Shown piece by piece: positions 26,236 to 36,759 of a DNA stretch of 64,000 nt. The position numbers were made by a program, and so were the translations under genes. The DNA comes from Neoconidiobolus thromboides FSU 785. Its lineage: Eukaryota; Fungi; Entomophthoromycota. Location of the stretch: contig MU626294.1 of the NCBI GenBank assembly GCA_025603075.1, positions 75,895 through 139,894 on the forward strand, in the 5' to 3' direction. The notes under the pieces were generated by a model that saw nothing but the letters and a program-made list of their open reading frames with translations, searched no databases and was not told the DNA's origin. Position 1 is the stretch's first letter. Each line of letters opens with the position of its first letter.

Positions 26236-27389
26236 AACCTTTTTTAAATTAGATGATAAAAATTCTTAGCAAATTAAAATATAAAATTTTGAATTAATAA
26301 AACTGCAATTAGTTTTATAAACAAGTCAAGTAATTCATTATGTTATAATCAATTATAAAGCTAATAAAGTAGTGCTTTACAAAAAGCAAATAATTATAAT
26401 AATAAATAAAAACTATTATTATATTGCTTGTATTATATAAAAATGGTCAATTATAATTTTAAAAATAACTATTACCTTTTGTATACCTATCAACTTAGTA
26501 ATATAATTATAATATCATTTATTTATTTGATATTAAATCTACAATATTGACTTATAAAACAGTTAATAATAACTGTTTTTTTGATAAAGTTTTATAAATA
26601 TATATGGTTATTTACATGTTACAACTTTGATTAATATTAATACATAAGTTATATTAATAAAAGTCTTTTTAATCTGGGGACTTTTATTAATAATATATAA
26701 GGATATCTAAATTAGTTTCATCTTTTCATCCAATTTTCAAGTACTTTATACTTCAAAAATAATTTTTTTTATTAAAAAGCAAAAATACATAATACAGTTT
26801 TAAATTATTTTATTATAAGTTATACTATAAATTAGCTGAATTTTTATTGAATTTAATAACACAAATATTTGTATAATTTTAAAAAAAAATTAATTATTTA
26901 TTAAAGCTATTAATTTAGTTATATTGATTTTACCTTAATATAAATTTTTTTAGCCTAGTTAAAAAGCATTTAAAACAAAATTAAAACTTCAATTTATTAT
27001 TATTATAATTATTCCAGATATACAAATTTTTTTTTAGTTATTCATAAAGTTGGTTATGTATTTAAAAATAAAATTGATAGTTTCGAAATATTATATTTTA
27101 ATAATAGTCTTTAACAGCTTATTAAAAATTTTAAAAAATAAAATAATGTTAAGTATAATTTTATTGCCCACTTTTTGATTTTTCTAATTTTTTGTTTTTT
27201 TAGCCTGAGATTTACTTGAGAAAAATACAATAATGTATTTTTTAAATTGCTTTTTAGATTATGCAATATTTGATGCAAAAATTCGAAAATATACTTAAGT
27301 TGTTTAAATTGCTTTTTGTATTATAAACAATGAAATCATAAAAATGTAGATGAGATAAAATACAATTTGAATAAACAATGTAAATCTAG

Positions 27390-27495
27390 ATATGGGGTTG
27401 TTTTTTTTAGTTTCATTATTTTTCCATTTTTTTAAGCGCTATTTGAGTGCAAAGATTGTAGTAAAATTCTCAAACATAAAAACACATCCCCATAT
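27390..27495 (+). mobile_element. MITE family A copy 12
   Basis: Full length, ATAT flanks. Confidence 0.9.
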
Positions 27496-27978
27496 AGTAA
27501 CTTGTATATAGCTGATTTAAAACACTTTTGTAATATTTTTTTGTAATTTAATTATAACCAGTTTCAAAAAAATAAATAAACTTATTAAAGTCGGAAACCA
27601 CCATATATACTATTAGTCCCCTTTTTTATGCCTTTATGCCTCTATAATATAAGCAAATAATAGTTATATATTAAGGATTTGTTTTTTATATAAATAAGAA
27701 GCTAAATTTCTATAAAACAACCGATTTTATACTTACACTAAAAAAGGTCTTAAGTAGTTAACCCCTGAAACTTAGTATATTTAGTAAAGTACAAAAATTT
27801 ATTTAAAAAAATTTTTATCGTGTTTTATAAACAAGATAAGTTTTAGGAGTAACTACCTGGGATCTCCCTTAATTTATACATATTTATTATTATCAGAATA
27901 TGAACATAATGGTAAGTATGGCTGTTAATTACCTCGTTTAACTTTGCTTAATTTATTTTGCTTTAAAGTTCTATTTTA

Positions 27979-28077
27979 ATGTGGAGATGTGTTTTTTTGG
28001 AATTTTGCTAGCAATTTTCCCGCTCAAACAATGCTTAAAAAATGGAAAAAGTGATAAAGCCAAAAACACCCCCATGT
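27979..28077 (-). mobile_element. MITE family A copy 13
   Basis: ATGT...ATGT direct flanks. Confidence 0.88.
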
Positions 28078-28338
28078 ACTATAGATAAATAATAAATTAA
28101 TTTTTATAATAGTGCTAATGCTTGTTATCAAGTGTGATATTATTTGGAAAAATTGTAAAGCTTTATCGCTAAGAGAATTATAAAATAAGATTTAATAGTT
28201 ATCTTTTATTAAAAGATCATATAATTTAGATATTTATTACTATAATATTATACCTTAAATACTAGCTAACTGCATTTTTTATTTCAACATTTCATAAATC
28301 ATAATAAATGCATTATTTTAAAAGACATGATACAATTA

Positions 28339-28522
28339 TTTATGCTCAAATATGCGGTGTTTTCCCGTATTTAAGTTGAACGTAGATTGGGCATTATCAA
28401 TTTTGTATTGCTGAATTTATCTACAATGATTTTTTCTATTTATACATTTTGCAATTACAAATTGAAAATGCTCAATTCTGTTCAACTTAAATGCGAGAAA
28501 ACACCACATATTTGAACATAAA
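28339..28522. repeat. Fold-back inverted repeat (~72-bp arms, ~38-bp spacer)
   Basis: TTTATGCTCAAATATGCGGTGTTTTCCCGTATTTAAGTTGAAC... pairs with ...GTTCAACTTAAATGCGAGAAAACACCACATATTTGAACATAAA. Confidence 0.88.
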
Positions 28523-28736
28523 CAGCTATAGTAGCCTGTTATATAAAATAAATAACTTTGATTCTCTTTTTTAAAGCAACTTTTACTAATAGTTGTGTAG
28601 TATTTTTAATGAGAAATTAAGCTTATAAAAAGGTTTCTATTTTTTCAATATTAAAATACTCTTTAACATAGCTTAAAATAATTTAAGGCAAATTACTCTA
28701 AAACGATTAAAAATTCCAGCTAAATGCTAATCTAAT

Positions 28737-28841
28737 ATATGAGGATGTGTTTTTTTGTTCAAGAATTTTATTAGAATCTTTCCACTCAAATAGTCTTTGA
28801 AAAATAGAAAAGTAATGAAACCAAAAAAAACATTACTTAAT
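28737..28841 (-). mobile_element. MITE family A copy 14
   Basis: Reverse copy; right-hand end decayed. Confidence 0.82.
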
Positions 28842-29405
28842 TACATTACTTTCTTTACTAACTCTGCCTTATATCGTAATACTTTCGATAATTTTTATAT
28901 CATAGCATAACACAGCTAGAAGACTGATCTTGCTATTTATTACATAACAGCGGTCTATACCTTTTCTAAATAACCTATTCATATATTAAGCTTATATTTA
29001 ACTTAGAGTTTACTGTAACTATTTTCTTTTTCAAAAATTATATGAATTTAATTTATAATAAACTTACATTTATTATCAGTTAGATTTTTCCATGATGAAG
29101 CATTTTACAAAGAGTCTATATTGGAAATCTCCTATGACCTTAGATTACTCACTACACAAGCTGTTTTGCGTTATTAAAAACAATGATCGCTTACTGAATC
29201 TTCTTCACCTTAAATAGTCATGTTGAGGTTTGTTGATTATATTAAATTGCACTTAAAATGAATTTTAAAAAATAAAGCCTAGTTTTAAAGATTTGATTAT
29301 TTCAATATAGTTGTAGATATATCTGTAAAACAGATTATAACTATTATTAAAGAAGGATTCATAATTTTTCTAAAACTAAATTATAAGAAATATTTATTAA
29401 ATTAT

Positions 29406-30308
29406 TCATAAATTATTACAAAATAAAGATTTGACTTTTTCAATCACTTTTTCAGCTTCATTTGAAATACCTGTATGTAAAAATAAAATAATTGATGAAT
29501 TGGCAACCATACCAATAGCAAAAAAGATAACCGAGATAGAATGCATAATACCAGATTTTTCAATAAAGCTTTCTGTAAAGTAACTAAAAACGCTTTCTAA
29601 AAAGGAAGTGAGTGTTGTACCAAACATACAAATGGTATAAATAATTAATACTGAATGAACTTTTATAAATGCTTTATAATAATTTTTGGATTTCTTTTTT
29701 ACAAATGTAGTTGGATCATAGTTAGTCCCACTAATAATTTTCCATGATCCAATGACTTCTTTAGAGATTTTGGAATAGCAATATAATATAACAACGATTC
29801 CAAGAAGCCAGTTGAATTGTGAAAAGTAAAAAGTGAACGCAGCCAATATATGTTGACGCTTATTTAGCAAACAAACAAAGCCTGAAGGAATAGTTGAAAA
29901 TTGATGTTTTATTGCACATGTAATCAACAAAGTTACAAAACAGAATGAATTAAATAGAAACAAAATGATTATACATTTGATCCATTTTGATTTACTAAAC
30001 TTAGAGTAACGTTCTAAAGATAATATACTATTAAGTATAATTTCAAAAAAAAGAACTAGATCTACAAAAAAACCACTGAAGGTACAGCCTTCGTTTGTAG
30101 CAATAAATTCTTTACCAGTAATTTTATTGAAAATAAAAATCACTATTAATATAAATAACGGTATATATTCAACAAATGCAATAGCTAAAATTAGTTGAAT
30201 ATCTTGTCCTTTATGCTCGATTCTATATGCAAATAGTATTAAAAAGGTGCTAATTATTAAGGCTATAATGGCTAATATGACACTGATTATATAAATAGAG
30301 TCAATCAT
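29406..30308 (-). CDS. Family-A (rhodopsin-like) 7TM GPCR-like protein
   Basis: Intronless 300 aa with seven hydrophobic segments, a Cys at the top of TM3 (GCTFSG), LSLERY at the DRY position and an ECL2 Cys (SGFVCLL). Confidence 0.82.
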   Translation of the reverse strand: MIDSIYIISVILAIIALIISTFLILFAYRIEHKGQDIQLILAIAFVEYIPLFILIVIFIFNKITGKEFIATNEGCTFSGFFVDLVLFFEIILNSILSLERYSKFSKSKWIKCIIILFLFNSFCFVTLLITCAIKHQFSTIPSGFVCLLNKRQHILAAFTFYFSQFNWLLGIVVILYCYSKISKEVIGSWKIISGTNYDPTTFVKKKSKNYYKAFIKVHSVLIIYTICMFGTTLTSFLESVFSYFTESFIEKSGIMHSISVIFFAIGMVANSSIILFLHTGISNEAEKVIEKVKSLFCNNL

Positions 30309-31735
30309 TCTCTTCTACTTTAACGTCAATACTTCTGCTATTTAATATATTTTGACTTTTTTGTTTAATTAAGAAGTACACATCATGCTCTTTGTTCTGT
30401 ATTTATATCCCTTTTTAGTACCTTTATTAGACTAAAATATTATATGTATGCAAATCAAAAGTTGAGTTCAATATATAAATACAATGCTTATTTTATTTTA
30501 TTAGAACCAATTTATTAAAATCAAGTTACAAGTTTTGATCTAAAATGGCAATTACACTCCTTTATTAACAAAGTTTATAGCAACAAATAAATTATACTTT
30601 TAAATCCGGTATTATAAAAAATCAAAACAAATGATATAATTCTTTATTTAAATTAACATTAAATAAATATATATAATATTACTTTTAATATAATTTTTTT
30701 GTGTATATTATTAAATTATTTATACATGTCTATGTTTGTTATACCTATTAATGAAATTATAAAACATTTATAAAATCGGTTATAGGTATGTTTTAATCAA
30801 CATAACTCTAAATTTTAGTAATTCAAGTTATTAGTTTAATATTGTTTGCCTTGGAGCATCCGTCACGTTTTATTATAATAACATTTTAAACTTATTCTAA
30901 TTGGTAAATTTGTTATATTTTTATAAAATCATTCTATTTTGTTGACAATATTTATTTCAATTAACTGTAAAATTAGTCTAGCTTTTAATAATTATGTTAA
31001 AGTCTCCTTTTACTTTATTTGACTATGTAGTAGAATCAAAAGCTCGAATCAATAATATACATAACTTATTGAGATGTTTTTTATAACTACTATTACTTAA
31101 TTTTAAGTACTATTGTTATTTGTCTTATTATTTTATTAATTTAATATAAGATTTTATTATCAATAAATAAATAAATAAATATTTGATATAATAATTGAAG
31201 TATACTATAACCTTATTACCTTAAAAGTAGTGAGGAATAAAGACAAAAGAATGCATTATAGTTTACTTAAGTTCTGTATTTGATACAATTCATTAAAATT
31301 CCAAACTAACATTGCTATTTTGTATCTTAATATCAAGGATTAATTTTTTTAATAAAAATAGATATATTAAATAACATCATTATAAATAATTTATATATTT
31401 ATATAGCATTCTAATTATCTCTATTAAGGTTTTTCCTTAAAGTTAATTTTATCTTTTTTGGCTTTAATTGCGACCCGAATAATGTCTAAAACCCACCTTA
31501 ATCTACCGATTAGATGATTAATTAATCCCCTAAAAATTCATGTTAGGCTCATTATTATAAAAGAAAGTAGTAGAATTTGAATAGCTGTTTTACACTTGTC
31601 TATGCAGGAGAACACAGTAAAAGATAAGGCTGTTTTTATCAATTTTGAAATCATTACTTAAATTTGAAATCAAAATAAATAATAATTAAAGATAATCGAT
31701 TTAACGACTTCATTTCATATTGAAATAAATTACCT

Positions 31736-31838
31736 ATATGAGGATGTGTTTTTATGTTTAAGAATTTTACTAACAATTTTTCTGCTCAAATAGCACTTAA
31801 AACATGAAAAAAGTGAAGTAAAAAAAACACCCTCATAT
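31736..31838 (-). mobile_element. MITE family A copy 15
   Basis: Reverse copy, ATAT flanks. Confidence 0.9.
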
Positions 31839-32066
31839 CATTCTTCAATATTTGGGTTAAAATTAAACTATTTAAGAAATATTTATTTATTTTATTAATT
31901 TACTACTAATTTTTCTAAAAGTATTTATTTTTATTTTTATAATAATTTAATCTAAAATCCAATTATAGACCAATAACTCTCTATTTTGATAAGTTATAAC
32001 AAAACTTAATTTTAGTTCATAAAGTATAAAAAAAGTAATATGATTTGTTTAAAAATATTTGTTATA

Positions 32067-32172
32067 AATTGGGAGTGTTTTATTTGACTTCATTATTTTT
32101 CCACTTTTTAAGTATTATTTAAGTGGAAAATTTGTTAGTAGAATTCTTAAGCACAAAAATATATCCCCAATT
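32067..32172 (+). mobile_element. MITE family A copy 16
   Basis: AATT...AATT flanks. Confidence 0.88.
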
Positions 32173-32809
32173 ACTAAGGTATGTTTTATTTGTTTTTATT
32201 ATAATCTAAATAAAAGTAATTTAATTTTTAACCTAAGATCAATATAGTAAAACTAATTGAAGAAGTAATAATAAATTTAATAAAGAAACTTTTATCTACT
32301 TTGATTTGTAATATGCCATTATTTTATAAAATTTAAGCTATTTATATTATACATTTTAATTAATATTTTAATAATAAATCTTATTAATGCCCTTGCTTTA
32401 AATATCATAATATCAAAATAAAATAGATAAAGTATAAAAAAAGCAGGTAATTAGCTGAATAAAATAATAATCGAGTATCCTCTAATATTAATAAAAGATA
32501 TTTATACAAAACTTTATAATTATTAAATAATTTATAAGTTTATAGTTTATTGAAATAATGTCTTTAAAAAAACAGATAAATTAATATTTTATTAATAGTT
32601 TCAATACTACTGTTTAAAATATAAGACTAATATTAATACTATAAAAATAAATAATCTAAAAAACAAAAATAAATTTCAATTATATATTATTAATGACGTA
32701 TTTGATATTTTAGTATGCTACTGATTCTAGATAGCAAATAAATGAAACTGCTTATTCCAACTGTCCAATACCTTGTAAGCTTTATTAAAAATACTAGTTT
32801 GGTCTTTAA

Positions 32810-32901
32810 ATTCAGTTTTTTTCGCTTCATTACTTTTCATCTTGTAAGCGTTATTTGAGTGAAAATTGTTAGCAAAATTCTTAAATAAAACATCTCTATT
32901 T
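32810..32901 (+). mobile_element. MITE family A copy 17 (left end lost)
   Basis: GCTTCATTACTTTT...TATTTGAGTGAAAATTGTTAGCAAAATTCTT...ACATCTCT; start coordinate approximate. Confidence 0.8.
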
Positions 32902-32920
32902 TTAGTCATTAATAAACTTA

Positions 32921-33025
32921 ATATGGGAGTGTTTTTTTTGGCTTCGTTACTTTTTCCCTTTTAAGCGCTATTTGAGTGGAAAAATTATTAGTAAAATTCT
33001 TAAATACAAAAATGCATCCCCATAT
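32921..33025 (+). mobile_element. MITE family A copy 18
   Basis: Full length, ATAT flanks, 19 bp after copy 17. Confidence 0.9.
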
Positions 33026-33931
33026 TTTTATTGATTAATACAGAATTAATAAAAATCTTTAATTAGAAATACAATTTCTATAGTTAAGTGAAATAGGTTT
33101 ATTAAATTTAATAATAAAACTATTAATAAAAAATCAAATTATTAAGTAATTATGACGATAGATTAAAATCATTATTTCATTGAATAAAATATATAAAGTA
33201 TTTAAATACATTTATTGTAATCTAATGTTTTTGTCAAAAACATTTTATAAAATAAATTTTGAAACTTAAACTTATTTTTATTGAATCGAATTTTGTTAAA
33301 ACTTAGATATAAATGCTGATTGTAAAAATTAAAAAGAATCTCAATTTGAAATCAATTCATCAAATAAGCTTTAACAGTTCTTATATTTAACTCATAGCTA
33401 ATTACTCAATGTTATAATATTGATTTTATAATGTCAAAATAAACTGATTTTTTTCAGATATTTATTTACTTTAAGCATAAAATCATCGAATTTCTCTATT
33501 TAAATTTCAAACAAGAAACGTCAGCCTTTATGAATAACTTTTTATCTTCACTAAGTTAAAATTTAGTTAATGATTTTATTTCTTATTATGGATAGAGTGT
33601 GTCCTTTTTCTTTATTATTTTTACATAACAAATTCAGTCAAACTACCTCAGTACATTTCATGAAAAAAATAATATCTTTTAATTAAACTTTAAAGCTTTT
33701 AATGCCGATTCAAATTTAACAACTTTCTATCTTATCAAATCATTATTAAGCGTGTGAATGTGAATGTATTTTGAAACATCTTTAAAATCTTAAAAAAGAA
33801 TAAACAGTTTACTTTAAAAGGTTAATTCTAATTCAAGTGTAAAAAAAACTAAGTTAGTTTATTTATAAAAGCATAAAAAATAATAGTTATACACAATAAA
33901 AAACGATAAGGGTTATAAATAAAAATGATAT

Positions 33932-34516
33932 CTACATATCGAATTGACCTTTAAGGATAAGATCTCTCATTGGTGAACGTGAACGATTTTCTTTAGTTGA
34001 TGAAGTTTCTCTTAAAAAATCTGCTCGAGTTTTACGCATATTTGGTAAAGTTTTAGAATATTCTTTAGGTTCACGTATACCGAATCCCCATTTTTCAGCA
34101 ATACCAGCTGTATTATCATTTCTAGCATCTGATGTACTAAGAGTTCGAGTACGACGAACCAATGGTCTCTCTTCTTTTTCTGGCGAATTAGTTGCCTTTA
34201 CTTCCTTAGTTGGCTTATTTGTTTGAAAAAATGGTGTAGCTAAGGAGCTAGCACCAATATTAAGACTCATTCGACGTCCCAAATTAACTGTATTTGGTAC
34301 ATTTTCTACTTGAGAATTTAATGAGGATGGTGAGGCTGGTGACAATGGTGGTAAACTATTACTTGGCGATGCGGATGGAAATACAGGATGTTTTCCACCA
34401 CCAAGGATACTACCGGATATTGGGGACCAGCTCCCAAATGAGCGGTTAGTTAATTGATTTTTGTTAGTATTGATAGAAATAGGTTTCGAAGGTTTAAAAG
34501 ATTCATTATTAGCCAT
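33932..34516 (-). CDS. Ser/Pro-rich disordered protein with IAEKWGF...SPMRDLILKGQFDM C-terminus (paralog of 15206-15616)
   Basis: Intronless 194-aa ORF; shared terminal motifs; several RRxS and SP sites. Confidence 0.82.
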   Translation of the reverse strand: MANNESFKPSKPISINTNKNQLTNRSFGSWSPISGSILGGGKHPVFPSASPSNSLPPLSPASPSSLNSQVENVPNTVNLGRRMSLNIGASSLATPFFQTNKPTKEVKATNSPEKEERPLVRRTRTLSTSDARNDNTAGIAEKWGFGIREPKEYSKTLPNMRKTRADFLRETSSTKENRSRSPMRDLILKGQFDM

Positions 34517-35083
34517 TTTTTAGAAGAAATGTAGAAAGTATTTAAAAAATTTAATGACTCTATTTATACTTTCTGAACCTTGAATGCATGTGGGGAATTC
34601 AATCAACAGCTGATCCAAGCTGCCAATCAAATAAATTAAATCGATAGGTTTTACGTAATTTTGTGAAACTGGTTCAATAATGCAGTCACAGTTTGAATGT
34701 TCTTTCTCATTTATTATCAAATCATGCTTAACCTTATTTGAAACAACATTTTTATCTTTTAATGCTAAGCAACTGATTTTTTGTATTATTAACTAGATTT
34801 CAATTGAATTAGACTTTAATTGGTTAACTTTAAATTAAATCATCCACTTAAATTAGGATTTATAAAATTAAAACTGGTTGTTTACCCATTTCTGCCCAAC
34901 ACGCTTGATTGTATATCCTGATTATTGAATTACAATATATTATTTCAATTACCTGCTTTTAAAGCTAATTATAATAAGAATTAGATAATAGTTATAATAG
35001 TTTTAAAATAAAATTTAATTTATCCTAAATAATGAAAATATTAAAATATTAAATAAAGAGCTACGAAAAGTGATTCAATTTTA

Positions 35084-36184
35084 TTATGAATAATTAGCAT
35101 AATCTGAGTAACCAACATATCGTTTTCCATCACTATAATTATAAAGAGAAAAGTAGTCTTTGATTGGTGATAATTCATAATTATTGAAAAAGCGGTTTGG
35201 GAGATCCGGATTAGCAACAAAAGGACGACCATAAACAATAGCGTCTGCCTTATTATCTTCAATGAATTGATTACCTTCTTCAGCAGAGAAACCACCATTA
35301 ATAAAAATCTTAGCATTTTTAATTAATCGAAAAAATGATTCTAGATTTAAATTAATGCCCGATTTATTACTGTCAAAATTGGGATTATAACGTACAAGTT
35401 GAATATATCCAATATTACGTTGATCAAGTTGAGTTATTACATAATTATATAACTTATAAGCCTCTTCTTGATTTTTCTCTCCCATATCATTATACCCACC
35501 ACATGGACTTAATTTAATTCCAACTCTACTTGGTGGATAAATTTTAACAAATTCATCAATGATTTCCAATAAAAACTTAGCTCGATTTTCAACATTGCCA
35601 CCATATTCATCTGTACGTTGATTTGAACGTGACTCTAAAAATTGGTGAACTAAAAAGCCACCACTAGCATGTAACTCAATCCCATCAAATCCAGCTTGCT
35701 TTGCGTTAATAGCTGCCTTTTGAAACATTTGTATATAATATTTAGGATTCTCAATAGCTTTAGGAACTGAATACCCTGGCTCATCAATCAACAAACGAAA
35801 TGAGCCACCACTGGCTTTAATAGCTGAAGGAGCTGGTGGAGGTACTCCAGCATTGTGTAATGCATTCGCTGCTCTACCAGCATGCCACAATTGAGCAAAT
35901 ATTTTCCCATTTCCTTGATGTACACTATCTGTTAACTTTTTCCAGCCATCAATTTGTTCTTGATTCCATATCCCTGGCGCTTCAAGCCATTCTACACCTT
36001 GAGGTTCTATTAATATACTCTCACTCAATATTAATCCAGAAGAGGCACGTTGAGTATAGTAATCGATGTTATCTTGATTTGGGGTTTTACCTCGGTTACG
36101 AGTCATAGATGCTACAATCACTCTATTGTTTAAAGTTAAATCGCCAAGTTGTAAAGATTGTTGTAAATGCTTGTTGTAGCTCAT
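35084..36184 (-). CDS. NADH:flavin oxidoreductase / Old Yellow Enzyme family, atypical active site
   Basis: ASMTRNR, QLWHAGR, GFDGIELH, RTDEYGG..ENR and GRPFVANPDL OYE motifs; intronless 366 aa. Confidence 0.95.
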   Translation of the reverse strand: MSYNKHLQQSLQLGDLTLNNRVIVASMTRNRGKTPNQDNIDYYTQRASSGLILSESILIEPQGVEWLEAPGIWNQEQIDGWKKLTDSVHQGNGKIFAQLWHAGRAANALHNAGVPPPAPSAIKASGGSFRLLIDEPGYSVPKAIENPKYYIQMFQKAAINAKQAGFDGIELHASGGFLVHQFLESRSNQRTDEYGGNVENRAKFLLEIIDEFVKIYPPSRVGIKLSPCGGYNDMGEKNQEEAYKLYNYVITQLDQRNIGYIQLVRYNPNFDSNKSGINLNLESFFRLIKNAKIFINGGFSAEEGNQFIEDNKADAIVYGRPFVANPDLPNRFFNNYELSPIKDYFSLYNYSDGKRYVGYSDYANYS

Positions 36185-36759
36185 TGTAGATTTTTTGTGT
36201 TATAATTTTTTGACTTTTTAATTTATTTCTGTTACATTTATATACTCAAACTGAATCTTGTTCATTTGATTCAACTTTCCTTCTATTCTTCCTTATCTTT
36301 TCAGTATCTTTTCATTCTTTATTGAAATTTCCTTTGAATTTTTTTGCTTCCATTTAAAATTGCGAACTTCCGAGGAATTCGAATTTTTTTTTGAACAAAT
36401 ACCGATTCATTTAAATTTGAACTAATTTGTACTAATTAGTAGTAGTCGTTGGAAAGTAAAAAAATTTCGAATTTTTCAACCAGGATCTTTTGGTGCAAAG
36501 AATTTGTCTTTTAGGCATTGTTGGAATAAATAGATTGCTACTTTAAACAGACGATCAGAATTACACTATTTATTTTCATACAATTTTGGTTTATAATTTT
36601 GATCTTCATATAGTTTTACTTTTAATAACATATCAGTCTTAGAGTAAATCATTAAAAAATCTATCAGCACCATATAAACTTTGAAACAAGCTCCCATAAT
36701 AATTTCTAGATAATGATAAAAAATCAAAAAAAAATGGAAAATCAAAGAAAAGATTTAAA

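Larger units (their letters stand above)
24947..26380 (+). repeat. Decayed direct tandem repeat, three units (A from ~24947, B from ~25292, C from ~25957)
   Basis: The block TACTCAGT...TTTTTG...CTATAAGTCAAAA...TAATAAGCTAT recurs three times. Downstream blocks of B align with A (after MITE 10) and with C (after MITE 11). Confidence 0.8.

Noticed and set aside
26695-26797. Possible very degenerate 23rd MITE A copy (ATATAAGGATAT...AAAAATACAT)
   Set aside because: The diagnostic core CTATTTGAG..GAAAA..GTTAGTAAAATTCTT is not recognisable, so it was not counted.
29406-30308. GPCR as a fungal opsin
   Set aside because: There is no Lys at the TM7 Schiff-base position.
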